Assembly (NCBI GenBank): GCA_012520715.1
Contig: JAAYNT010000070.1
Span: forward strand, 1 to 46,623
Direction of reading: 5' to 3'
Source of the DNA: Acholeplasmataceae bacterium
Lineage (GTDB): Bacteria > Bacillota_I > Bacilli_A > Acholeplasmatales > Acholeplasmataceae
DNA length: 46,623 nt
The notes under the pieces are model-generated. The model did not search any database. It was not told the origin of the DNA and saw only the letters and a list, made by a program, of their open reading frames with translations. Position 1 is the first letter of the stretch. Each line of letters starts with the position of its first letter. Of the stretch, positions 27,668 to 36,057 are shown one piece after another. Made by a program: the position numbers and the translations under genes.

Positions 27668-29011
27668 TTATTTGCCTAAGCAAAATTGTGAAAACAATTC
27701 ATCAATAATACTTGACTCATAAGATAGTCCTAAAATATCTGCTAAATGATAATACGAATTAGATAAATCAACAGCAATTAAATCAACTGGCATTAAGTTA
27801 TCGATTGCTTCTAGTGCTTGATTTAAGCTATTTTTAGCATCAGTTATTTTTCTAATTTGTCTTTCATTAGATAAATAGTTAAAATCATTAGCTTCTATTT
27901 CTACTAGTGATAATCTTTTAACAATTTCTTTTTCTAATTCTTCTAAACCTTCTTGGTGTAGACTTGAGATTAGTAATAAATTAGTTAATTCTATTTTTTT
28001 AGTTAAATCTGATTTATTACCAATTAATATTCTTTGTTTGTCTTTTGTTAGTTCTAATAGTCTTTTATCTTCTTCGGTTAATTCCATACTTTGATCTAAG
28101 ACTAATAATACTAATTGGGCCTTTTTAATGGCTTCAATTGAGCGGTCAATACCAATTGATTCAACTATATCATCGGTATCTCTAATCCCTGCTGTATCAA
28201 CTAAATTTAAGGTAATACCACCTAAATTAAGTCTTGCTTCTATTAAATCTCTTGTTGTTCCAGATATATCTGTAACAATTGCTCTATCTTCTTCAAGTAG
28301 AGCATTTAATAAGCTTGATTTACCGACATTTGGTCTACCTACTATAGCTGTATTAATTCCGTCTTTAATTAATTGATTTCTTTTTGATTGATAAATTAAA
28401 TGCTCAATTTCTTTAATTAGATCAATTAAAATTGGTTTAATTAATTCATGTGTCATCTCAACTGCATCATCATATTCTGGGTAATCAATATTTACTTCAA
28501 TTTTAGCAATTAAATCTAAAACTTTATTAAGTAAATTTTGAACTAGTGATGATGTTTTTTTAGATAATCCTAAATTAGCAATTTTTAGGGCACTTTCGTT
28601 TTGAGCTTCAATTAAATCCATTACGGCTTCGGCTTGAACTAAGTCGATTCTTCCATTTAAATAAGCTCTTTGGGTAAATTCTCCTGGTTCAGCTAATCTA
28701 ACGTCTAGTTTTAAAATTTCGTTTAATACACTTTGTGTAACTAAAACTCCTCCATGAGTTGAAATCTCACAAACATTCTCAGCTGTAAAAGATCTAGGCG
28801 CTCTAAAAATAGAGACCATTACCTCATCTAGTATTTCCCCATTTAAAGAAACTATGTGGCCATACTTAATTGTGTGGCTTTTAGCTTTTTCTAAATTAGG
28901 ACCTTTAAATATTTTGTTTAATTCAGAAATAGCGGTTTTACCACTAATTCTAATAACGCTAATTCCACCAGTGCCAAATGGCGTGGCAATAGCGCAAATG
29001 TTATCAATCAT
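27668..29011 (-). CDS. mnmE: tRNA modification GTPase MnmE
   Basis: G domain GRPNVGKSSLLN and the C-terminal FCLGK motif. Confidence 0.95.
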   Translation of the reverse strand: MIDNICAIATPFGTGGISVIRISGKTAISELNKIFKGPNLEKAKSHTIKYGHIVSLNGEILDEVMVSIFRAPRSFTAENVCEISTHGGVLVTQSVLNEILKLDVRLAEPGEFTQRAYLNGRIDLVQAEAVMDLIEAQNESALKIANLGLSKKTSSLVQNLLNKVLDLIAKIEVNIDYPEYDDAVEMTHELIKPILIDLIKEIEHLIYQSKRNQLIKDGINTAIVGRPNVGKSSLLNALLEEDRAIVTDISGTTRDLIEARLNLGGITLNLVDTAGIRDTDDIVESIGIDRSIEAIKKAQLVLLVLDQSMELTEEDKRLLELTKDKQRILIGNKSDLTKKIELTNLLLISSLHQEGLEELEKEIVKRLSLVEIEANDFNYLSNERQIRKITDAKNSLNQALEAIDNLMPVDLIAVDLSNSYYHLADILGLSYESSIIDELFSQFCLGK

Positions 29012-29625
29012 AAGTGTGGCAAATCTTCATCGTGATGGAAGTCTTCTGAGATGACATCATCTTGATCGCCTTTTGAAATAAAGCGATATCTTCGAACTCC
29101 GTGATTTGGAACTTTATAAGGTCTAAATGGGTTAATACCGCGGTTTAAGTCTCTTATTAAAATAAATAAGCTAACTAAAAGACCTAGTAAGCTACCTACA
29201 ATTAAGTAACCAGAACCTAAAATTAATCCAATCATTGCTGTTGTCCAAATAGTAGCAGCTGTCGTTAGACCTTTAACAGTAAACTTATCTTTCATAATAA
29301 CACCAGCTCCAATAAAACCAATACCAGTAATAACTTGTGCAATTACTCTTTGGCCTTGGAAACTTCCTTCATTTAATGAAAATTCATAAGCTAACATTAA
29401 TCTTTGCATAATACCTAAAGCAGCACTACTTAGTGCAACTAAGATGTGCGCTGATACTCCGGCTGCTTTACCCATGTTTTGTCTTTCTATTCCTACAAAC
29501 CCAGAAAATAAAAATGTTAAAACAATCGGAATTACTAATATAAAAATGTAATCTTCAGCAGTTTGAAGTCCTACTAATTCCGGCATGTTATCTTTAATTG
29601 ACGCTAAAATATTTAATAATACCAT
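29008..29625 (-). CDS. MgtC/SapB family membrane protein
   Basis: GFVGIERQ motif and 4-5 TM helices. Start set at the ATG of MVLLNIL, 7 nt after a GGAGGT SD; the track start is a TTG inside the SD. Confidence 0.8.
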   Translation of the reverse strand: MVLLNILASIKDNMPELVGLQTAEDYIFILVIPIVLTFLFSGFVGIERQNMGKAAGVSAHILVALSSAALGIMQRLMLAYEFSLNEGSFQGQRVIAQVITGIGFIGAGVIMKDKFTVKGLTTAATIWTTAMIGLILGSGYLIVGSLLGLLVSLFILIRDLNRGINPFRPYKVPNHGVRRYRFISKGDQDDVISEDFHHDEDLPHL

Positions 29626-29640
29626 ATTTGTTACCTCCAA

Positions 29641-30594
29641 TTAATTACTTTTTCTCCACTCAATTAGTCTTTGGTTTACTGCCTCAACTAATTTTGGTAG
29701 ATCTTCCCAACTATTTAAACGGGCACCGGCTGCTTTAGCATGTCCACCACCTTCAAATTGGTTAGCTACATCTGATATTGTTGGTCCGTTTGAACGAAGT
29801 CTTACTCTAACTTCGTTTCCTGGGTACTCAATAATTAGTGCCCAAACCGGATGGTTTTCAATACCACCTAATACTGATATCATTGAAGCAGCTTGTTCAT
29901 CAGTTACACCATACTCTTCAATAATATCTCTAGTCATTTTAAAATATATAAATCCTTCAGTACTTCTTTCAAAGCCTGTTAGTACTTTTCCTTTTAATTG
30001 AACCATATCTAATGTTTCTTGACTTAACTTAAAGTCAACTTCATCTGGTTCAACTCCTTTAGTAATTAACATGCCAGCAAGCTGGTGTGTTAATTCATCA
30101 ACACCTCTAAATCTAAAACGTCCAGTATCAGTAACTATACCTGTATACATGGCTACTGCACCAGTTTTAGATAATTTTAATTCATCTTTAAATCTATAAT
30201 AAAAATATGCAATCATTTGAGCACATGACGGGAAATTAGTATCAACCCAAATAATATCACCATATTGATCAACTGGTATATGATGATCAATTTTTATTAA
30301 TTCACGTCCAAGTTTATATCTTGGATCACTAATTCTTGATTCAGTTGCTGTATCAACAACAATTACTAATGATCCTTCATATTTACTATCATCAATAATA
30401 TCTGGTGTTCCAACAAATGATACATAATCACTTGTTTGACCAACTACATATACTTCTTTTTCTGGAAAAGATGATTTAATAATATCTTTTAACCCAAATT
30501 GAGAACCATAACAATCACCGTCTGGTCTTAAATGACCATGAATGATAATTGTTTTATATTCTTTTATTTTATTTAAAATGATTTCTAAACCCAT
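29641..30594 (-). CDS. DHH/DHHA1 phosphoesterase, NrnA/DhhP-like (paralog 2)
   Basis: IIIHGHLRPDGDCYGS (DHH motifs I-II) and GGGHAKAAGA (DHHA1). Confidence 0.85.
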   Translation of the reverse strand: MGLEIILNKIKEYKTIIIHGHLRPDGDCYGSQFGLKDIIKSSFPEKEVYVVGQTSDYVSFVGTPDIIDDSKYEGSLVIVVDTATESRISDPRYKLGRELIKIDHHIPVDQYGDIIWVDTNFPSCAQMIAYFYYRFKDELKLSKTGAVAMYTGIVTDTGRFRFRGVDELTHQLAGMLITKGVEPDEVDFKLSQETLDMVQLKGKVLTGFERSTEGFIYFKMTRDIIEEYGVTDEQAASMISVLGGIENHPVWALIIEYPGNEVRVRLRSNGPTISDVANQFEGGGHAKAAGARLNSWEDLPKLVEAVNQRLIEWRKSN

Positions 30595-30596
30595 AA

Positions 30597-31544
30597 TTAT
30601 TCCTCCGTCTCTTTTATTAACTTTTTAAAATCATTAATGACCAATTCAACTTGATCCCAATTCTCAAGTGCGGCACCACAAGCATTGTCGTGTCCTCCGC
30701 CACCGTATTTCTTAGCTATATCAACAATTTGAATACCACGTGATCTAAATTCACCTAATATTACATGTTCTTCTTTATCGTAAGTAAAATTAGCCCAAAT
30801 TGGAACTCCTTCAATTCCGGCCATTAAGTTAACTAATCCTCTTGAGATAGTAAAAACATCTTTATCTGGATACTCGTTTACTACTTCAAGTGGATTTTTC
30901 AAAAATGCCACTCCATCTTCAATTTCAATTCTTGATTGAAACTTAATTTTCATCAGTCTTGTATCTACATCTTCTAAATACAACCAATCATATAACTCTA
31001 ATGGATTGGCTCCAAGTTTACAAAGTTTAGACGCAATACTAAATAGTCTTGCACCATCTTTTAAATATTGAAATCTACCACTATCAGTAATAATTCCTGA
31101 TAGTAAAACATCAGCACCTAGTGGTGATATTTTAAAATCTAATTCAAATAAAATATCAGCAATATAAGCAGCAGCTGCTTCATAACTTGTATCAATATAT
31201 TCAATTGCTCCCTTAATATCACTACTATTAGTATGATGATCAATTATGATAACTTCTTTAGCTAAATCATATCTATCATCAGAAATTAATTTTCTAACAG
31301 CAACATCAACTATAAACACTAGTGCATCTTTATATAAAGAATCTGGAATAATATCCATCTTACCAACAACATCAAATCTACTCTCATCACCAACAATATA
31401 GACATCTTTATCTGGATATGTAGTCTTAATGGCTTCATATAGACCAATTTGGCTACCTAAAGCATCTAAATCAGGTCTTAAATGTCTGTGAATAATAATT
31501 GTTTGGTATTGTTCAATTTTGTCTTTAATTAATTTGTGATTCAT
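30597..31544 (-). CDS. DHH/DHHA1 phosphoesterase, NrnA/DhhP-like (paralog 1)
   Basis: IIIHRHLRPDLDALGS and GGGHDNACGA. Start set at the ATG of MNHKLIK, which aligns with the paralog N-terminus. The track start is the GTG within the GAAGGTG SD. Confidence 0.85.
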   Translation of the reverse strand: MNHKLIKDKIEQYQTIIIHRHLRPDLDALGSQIGLYEAIKTTYPDKDVYIVGDESRFDVVGKMDIIPDSLYKDALVFIVDVAVRKLISDDRYDLAKEVIIIDHHTNSSDIKGAIEYIDTSYEAAAAYIADILFELDFKISPLGADVLLSGIITDSGRFQYLKDGARLFSIASKLCKLGANPLELYDWLYLEDVDTRLMKIKFQSRIEIEDGVAFLKNPLEVVNEYPDKDVFTISRGLVNLMAGIEGVPIWANFTYDKEEHVILGEFRSRGIQIVDIAKKYGGGGHDNACGAALENWDQVELVINDFKKLIKETEE

Positions 31545-31574
31545 AATAAAATACACCTTCTTTTCGATTATAAT

Positions 31575-31603
31575 ATTATACCATATATATGGTTAATATT
31601 CAA
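31575..31603 (-). promoter_or_regulatory. sigmaA-type promoter (TTGAAT-17-TATAAT with TGG extension) for the DHH-DHH-mgtC-mnmE-dnaX block
   Basis: Minus-strand TTGAAT, exact 17-nt spacer, TGGTATAAT. Lies immediately downstream of the glf terminator. Confidence 0.55.
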
Positions 31604-31620
31604 AACCTAAAATCGCCTTA

Positions 31621-31651
31621 TATAAATAAAAACACACCGAAAAGTGTGTTT
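31621..31651 (-). terminator. rho-independent terminator ending the glycan locus (after glf)
   Basis: On the minus strand: AAACACAC-TTTTCG-GTGTGTTT followed by TTATTTATA. Confidence 0.65.
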
Positions 31652-31674
31652 ATTAGTTATAATTTTAATAATTT

Positions 31675-32772
31675 TTATTTTAGTTCTTTTGTAGCTAAGT
31701 TTAAAGCTTCTTTTATTACTTGATCCATGTTGTAGTATTTGTATGAACCAAGTCTACCGCCAAAGATAACTTTATTATCATTTTTGGCGTGCTCTTTATA
31801 TTTTTCATATACTTTCATATTTTCATTATTATTAACACTGTAATATGGATCATCCCCATCAACATATGTTTTAGGATATTCATAAGTAATTACTGTTTTA
31901 CCCTCTATCTGAAAGTAAAAATGTTTATGTTCAATAATTCTTGTATAAGGTATTTCATATTCGGTATAGTTTATTACTGCATTTCCTTGGAAATTTTCCA
32001 TATTTAGCAATTGATGATCAAAGCGTAAACTTCTGTATTGAAGTTTGCCAAAAATATAGTCATAATACTGATCAATTGTGCCAGTATAAATAACTTTGTT
32101 AGTTTGTTTTAAATACATTTCTTTATTCGCTAAAAAGTCAGTGTTCAATCTAACTTCGATTCCTTTTAAAAGCTTTTCAAAAATCTCAGTATAGCCATTT
32201 TCTGGTATTCCTTGATATGGATCATTAAAATAGTTATTATCATATGTAAAACGGAGCGGAAGCCGTTTAATTATAAAAGCGGGGAGGTTGGTTGCTTTGG
32301 TTCCCCATTGTTTTTCAGTATACCCTTTGATTAATTTTTCATATATCGTTTTACCAACTAATTTTAATGCTTGTTCTTCAAGGTTTTGCGGTTCTATATC
32401 TTTATATATACTTCTTTCTTTTTCAACAGCTTCTAGCGCTTCTTTTGGTGTAAATACGTTAAACAGTTTAGAAAATGTATTCATATTAAAAGGAAGATTA
32501 TAAACTTCATTTTTATATCGTGCTATTGGTGAATTTATGTAATGATTAAGCTTTGTAAATTGATTTATATATTTCCATATTTCTTCATCTTTAGTATGAA
32601 AAATATGGGCACCATAATAGTGCACATGAATGTTTTCTATTTTCTTAGTATATGCATTACCACCGATATGATTTCTTTTTTCTAATACCAATACTTTTTT
32701 CCCTCGTTTATTAGCTTCATATGCAAAGATACTACCAAAAAAACCAGCTCCTACAATAATATAATCATACAT
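31675..32772 (-). CDS. glf: UDP-galactopyranose mutase
   Basis: FAD-binding IIVGAGFFGS N-terminus and about 365 aa length. The overall pattern is typical of Glf (NAYT, HIFHT-like segment YGAHIFHT). Confidence 0.9.
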   Translation of the reverse strand: MYDYIIVGAGFFGSIFAYEANKRGKKVLVLEKRNHIGGNAYTKKIENIHVHYYGAHIFHTKDEEIWKYINQFTKLNHYINSPIARYKNEVYNLPFNMNTFSKLFNVFTPKEALEAVEKERSIYKDIEPQNLEEQALKLVGKTIYEKLIKGYTEKQWGTKATNLPAFIIKRLPLRFTYDNNYFNDPYQGIPENGYTEIFEKLLKGIEVRLNTDFLANKEMYLKQTNKVIYTGTIDQYYDYIFGKLQYRSLRFDHQLLNMENFQGNAVINYTEYEIPYTRIIEHKHFYFQIEGKTVITYEYPKTYVDGDDPYYSVNNNENMKVYEKYKEHAKNDNKVIFGGRLGSYKYYNMDQVIKEALNLATKELK

Positions 32773-32822
32773 GAAAATATCACCTCTAATTTAATTTTAT
32801 CATTTAATAAAAGAAGTGTTTC

Positions 32823-35800
32823 TTATTTTTTTAGATAACGCTCTTCTTTTTTATTTTGTTTTTTGTATGCTAATGTAATAACCACTGCACCCCATCCAGA
32901 AAAAATTACAAATAACCCGATATTTACACAAATTAATCCGATTATCCAGTATGGTAATTTATACCCAATTACCATCTTATTCATAAGATTTGAATTTGCA
33001 GTACTATATAGAATGTTTTTAGAAGCTCTTCTTAGTTGTGTAACATGAGTTGCAGAATCTTTAAAAACATTTGAATTTAGCCCACTTAATCCTTGGTTAA
33101 GCTGCAAGTCCCCGCCGGCTCTAATCATATGGCTTGGATTAACATAGCTTGGTGTTGCATAATCTGTAACCACTACTCCACAAAATCCCCATTCATCTCT
33201 CAATATTTCTGTCATTAATCGATAATCGCCACCAGTCCAAGATACTCCAATACGATTATATGATGACATGATTCCTAAACTCTTACCTTCTTTTACTAAA
33301 ATTTCAAATGCTTTAAGATAAATCTCTCTCATTGATTGTTCGTTTGCCCATGTCATTATGCCTAATTGCGAACGACTAGTTTCTTGATCATTTAATGCAA
33401 AATGTTTTGCAAAAGTAATAACACCTTTTTCTCTTGCACCTTTAACAATTCTTGCCCCGATTTTACCAGAGACAATAGGATCTTCTGAATAATATTCCCA
33501 GTTTCTCCCTGAAAATTGAGAGCGATGAATATTAATTGCTGGAGCATACCACCCAGAATATGGCATTTTATCTCCTCTTTCGTTACCAACTAATGCTTCA
33601 TTACCTATCATAGTTCCAAATTCTTCTGCCAGCTCTTTATTGTAAGTAGCTCCCAAAATAACAGGAGATGCATAAAAGCAGGTATCATATACTGGTGCTT
33701 GTTCTAATGCCATGAAATTAGTAAACCCTGCTGGGCCATCTGAATGTTGCGCGATTGGCAATCCAATACTTGATAATGATACCGTACCAAATGCACCTAA
33801 TCCCACTAAATTTATCATTTGAGAAACAGTTAATTGATCTAAAAACTCATCCCATTTTGGATCATCATAAGGAATTCCTATCATATCATTTAACGCTATT
33901 GTTTCTTCTGCATTTGGATCAACTTCAGATATGGCCTGATTAGGCATGGTTTCTGAATACCACGGATCTTCAGGATTATCACTAATAACACCTGCTTCAA
34001 AAGCTGCTTGCCAATTAGTATTCATAGATATCCATCGTTGTGTTGCTACCTTTCTTTCATCAAAAGTTGGTGTTTTAGGAAAAGTGTCTACCCAATTTGT
34101 TCTGGATAAATATTTTATTTTTGGATTTTCTTTTGTTCCATCAATTCCGTAACTAACATCATCAAAACGATTTACGATATCGGCGCTATTTTGTATATTT
34201 GGATCTTTTAGATATTGAAATCCAGTAAATTCATTTGCGCCTTGCTTAGTGCTTTGAGGTATTACAAATTTACTGGTTAATATATTTTGATTTCTAGGGT
34301 TTCTCCATGCGTTAGCGTGACTCATTACATACATTGTATATTCACCTTTTTCTAATTCCCATCCGGCAAACCCATTAGAATTATCATCATTATAATCATA
34401 TGACGCAATGTCAAATAAATTAAATGATAGTGATACGACCGCTGTTTTTTTAGGGTCAATTTCAGGAGTTTTAATAAAATCTGTTAAAACCACAAAAGCT
34501 TTTTCAATTCCATTATAATATGGAGTTTCAATATATAATTGAACAACATCTTTTCCCGATCTAGTTTCACTTTCGTTTTTAACTTTAACATTTATAGTGA
34601 TTTGTTTGTCATAATCAGCTTCCGTCAATATATAGTTATCAGCGATTTCTTTATTTCCTAATTTTATATTATCAATTGTCCATGAAAAATTAGAATATGA
34701 TAATCCATATCCAAATGGAAAGACAACGTTTTTTTCATACCAATCTAATCCATCAGTTGGATGCGGATCAGCTGCTCGAGTTTCCCAATATCTATACCCA
34801 ACATATATTCCCTCTTCATATTCAACATAATATGCCTTTGTTGATGGAAAACTCCCATCTGCCAATCGATATGCATTCCCATCTTGTTCATTGTTATTAC
34901 CAAAGTTTTGAATAGTTGGATCATTCCAAAAATTGCGGACATATGTGTTTGTTGTTTTTCCTGAAGGGTTAATCTCACCGCTTAAGATTTTGCCTAATGC
35001 CATTATTCCATGGCTTCCTGGACTTCCTATCCAAAGTGCTCCACAAATTCTATCAATTGCTCGATTTACTTCATCATCTCTTCCGGTAATTCCAAACGTG
35101 GTTTTCCAGTATTCGGGATCATCTAAAAAACCTAATTCTAATGTATTATTAGTATTTAATATTAAAATAACTTTTTCAAATTTTTCTGTTACATGTAATA
35201 ATAAATCAACTTCATTCGCATCTAATTGCAAATAGTGATCTGTATTTTTCCTTGCGCCTTCAATTGTTCCTTTATAAACGCCAGGAATATCTGTATATCC
35301 TGATTGAGTAACTTTACCAGCACTATTTAAAGTTGCATTCGCCATTGATCTTGGTAAATCAAAGCCTTCTCCTCCTATACGTGTAAATACAACCAAAGCG
35401 GCATCAGTGTAGCCACTATAATTTTCTTGAGCTGATTCGCTATTTATAAGTTCAGAAACAGGAGTTTCTCCGGTTGGAAATCCCCCAATAATTTGGTCAA
35501 AATCTGGAGATCGTCCTCTTCCCCCAGATGATGTCTCATAAAATCTTTTAAGTTTTTCATTATAGGTAAATCCCGCTTCAGTTAAACTATCAAAAATAGT
35601 CTTGTTATCTCCAGATTGGCTAGCACCACTACCTGATCCGCCATATAAAAGATTGGTTGAGTTTTTCCCGAAAACACTTAACTTTGCGTTTTTCGAAAGA
35701 GGCAAGGAGTTCCCGTTTTTGTTATGAAGTAAAGTAAAGCCCTCACTAGCTATTTCAATATTTAATTGATTTGCTGCATCTAAAACTTCCTCTTTACTAT

Positions 35801-36005
35801 TATAATCTCCTACAAATAACTCTTGCTCTTCTCCAGTAATTGCACGAGGGTAGCCAAGAGCAATATCTAAAGTAGACTTAATAAATGATTGTTGTGTTGC
35901 AATAATAGTAACTGTTAGGAAAAAAACCATTACAATACTGGATACTAGGAACCAAATTCTAGTGGAAGTGTTTCCCCATATTATTTTTTTAAATCCTCTT
36001 TTCAT
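32823..36005 (-). CDS. glycoside hydrolase family 3, circularly permuted domain order, N- and C-terminal TM anchors
   Basis: The N-terminal TM helix is followed by the GH3 alpha/beta-sandwich domain (GGEGFDL acid/base region, 35358-35375). Next come the Fn3-like region (FPFGYGLSYS) and the GH3 barrel (HSDGPAGF, KHFALNDQE, nucleophile GVVVTDY). The protein ends with a C-terminal TM helix and a K-rich tail. Confidence 0.85.
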   Translation of the reverse strand: MKRGFKKIIWGNTSTRIWFLVSSIVMVFFLTVTIIATQQSFIKSTLDIALGYPRAITGEEQELFVGDYNSKEEVLDAANQLNIEIASEGFTLLHNKNGNSLPLSKNAKLSVFGKNSTNLLYGGSGSGASQSGDNKTIFDSLTEAGFTYNEKLKRFYETSSGGRGRSPDFDQIIGGFPTGETPVSELINSESAQENYSGYTDAALVVFTRIGGEGFDLPRSMANATLNSAGKVTQSGYTDIPGVYKGTIEGARKNTDHYLQLDANEVDLLLHVTEKFEKVILILNTNNTLELGFLDDPEYWKTTFGITGRDDEVNRAIDRICGALWIGSPGSHGIMALGKILSGEINPSGKTTNTYVRNFWNDPTIQNFGNNNEQDGNAYRLADGSFPSTKAYYVEYEEGIYVGYRYWETRAADPHPTDGLDWYEKNVVFPFGYGLSYSNFSWTIDNIKLGNKEIADNYILTEADYDKQITINVKVKNESETRSGKDVVQLYIETPYYNGIEKAFVVLTDFIKTPEIDPKKTAVVSLSFNLFDIASYDYNDDNSNGFAGWELEKGEYTMYVMSHANAWRNPRNQNILTSKFVIPQSTKQGANEFTGFQYLKDPNIQNSADIVNRFDDVSYGIDGTKENPKIKYLSRTNWVDTFPKTPTFDERKVATQRWISMNTNWQAAFEAGVISDNPEDPWYSETMPNQAISEVDPNAEETIALNDMIGIPYDDPKWDEFLDQLTVSQMINLVGLGAFGTVSLSSIGLPIAQHSDGPAGFTNFMALEQAPVYDTCFYASPVILGATYNKELAEEFGTMIGNEALVGNERGDKMPYSGWYAPAINIHRSQFSGRNWEYYSEDPIVSGKIGARIVKGAREKGVITFAKHFALNDQETSRSQLGIMTWANEQSMREIYLKAFEILVKEGKSLGIMSSYNRIGVSWTGGDYRLMTEILRDEWGFCGVVVTDYATPSYVNPSHMIRAGGDLQLNQGLSGLNSNVFKDSATHVTQLRRASKNILYSTANSNLMNKMVIGYKLPYWIIGLICVNIGLFVIFSGWGAVVITLAYKKQNKKEERYLKK

Positions 36006-36057
36006 ATTATTATCTCCTAAACTTTTTTAAACGTTAATTTTAAAATTAATCTAAAAA

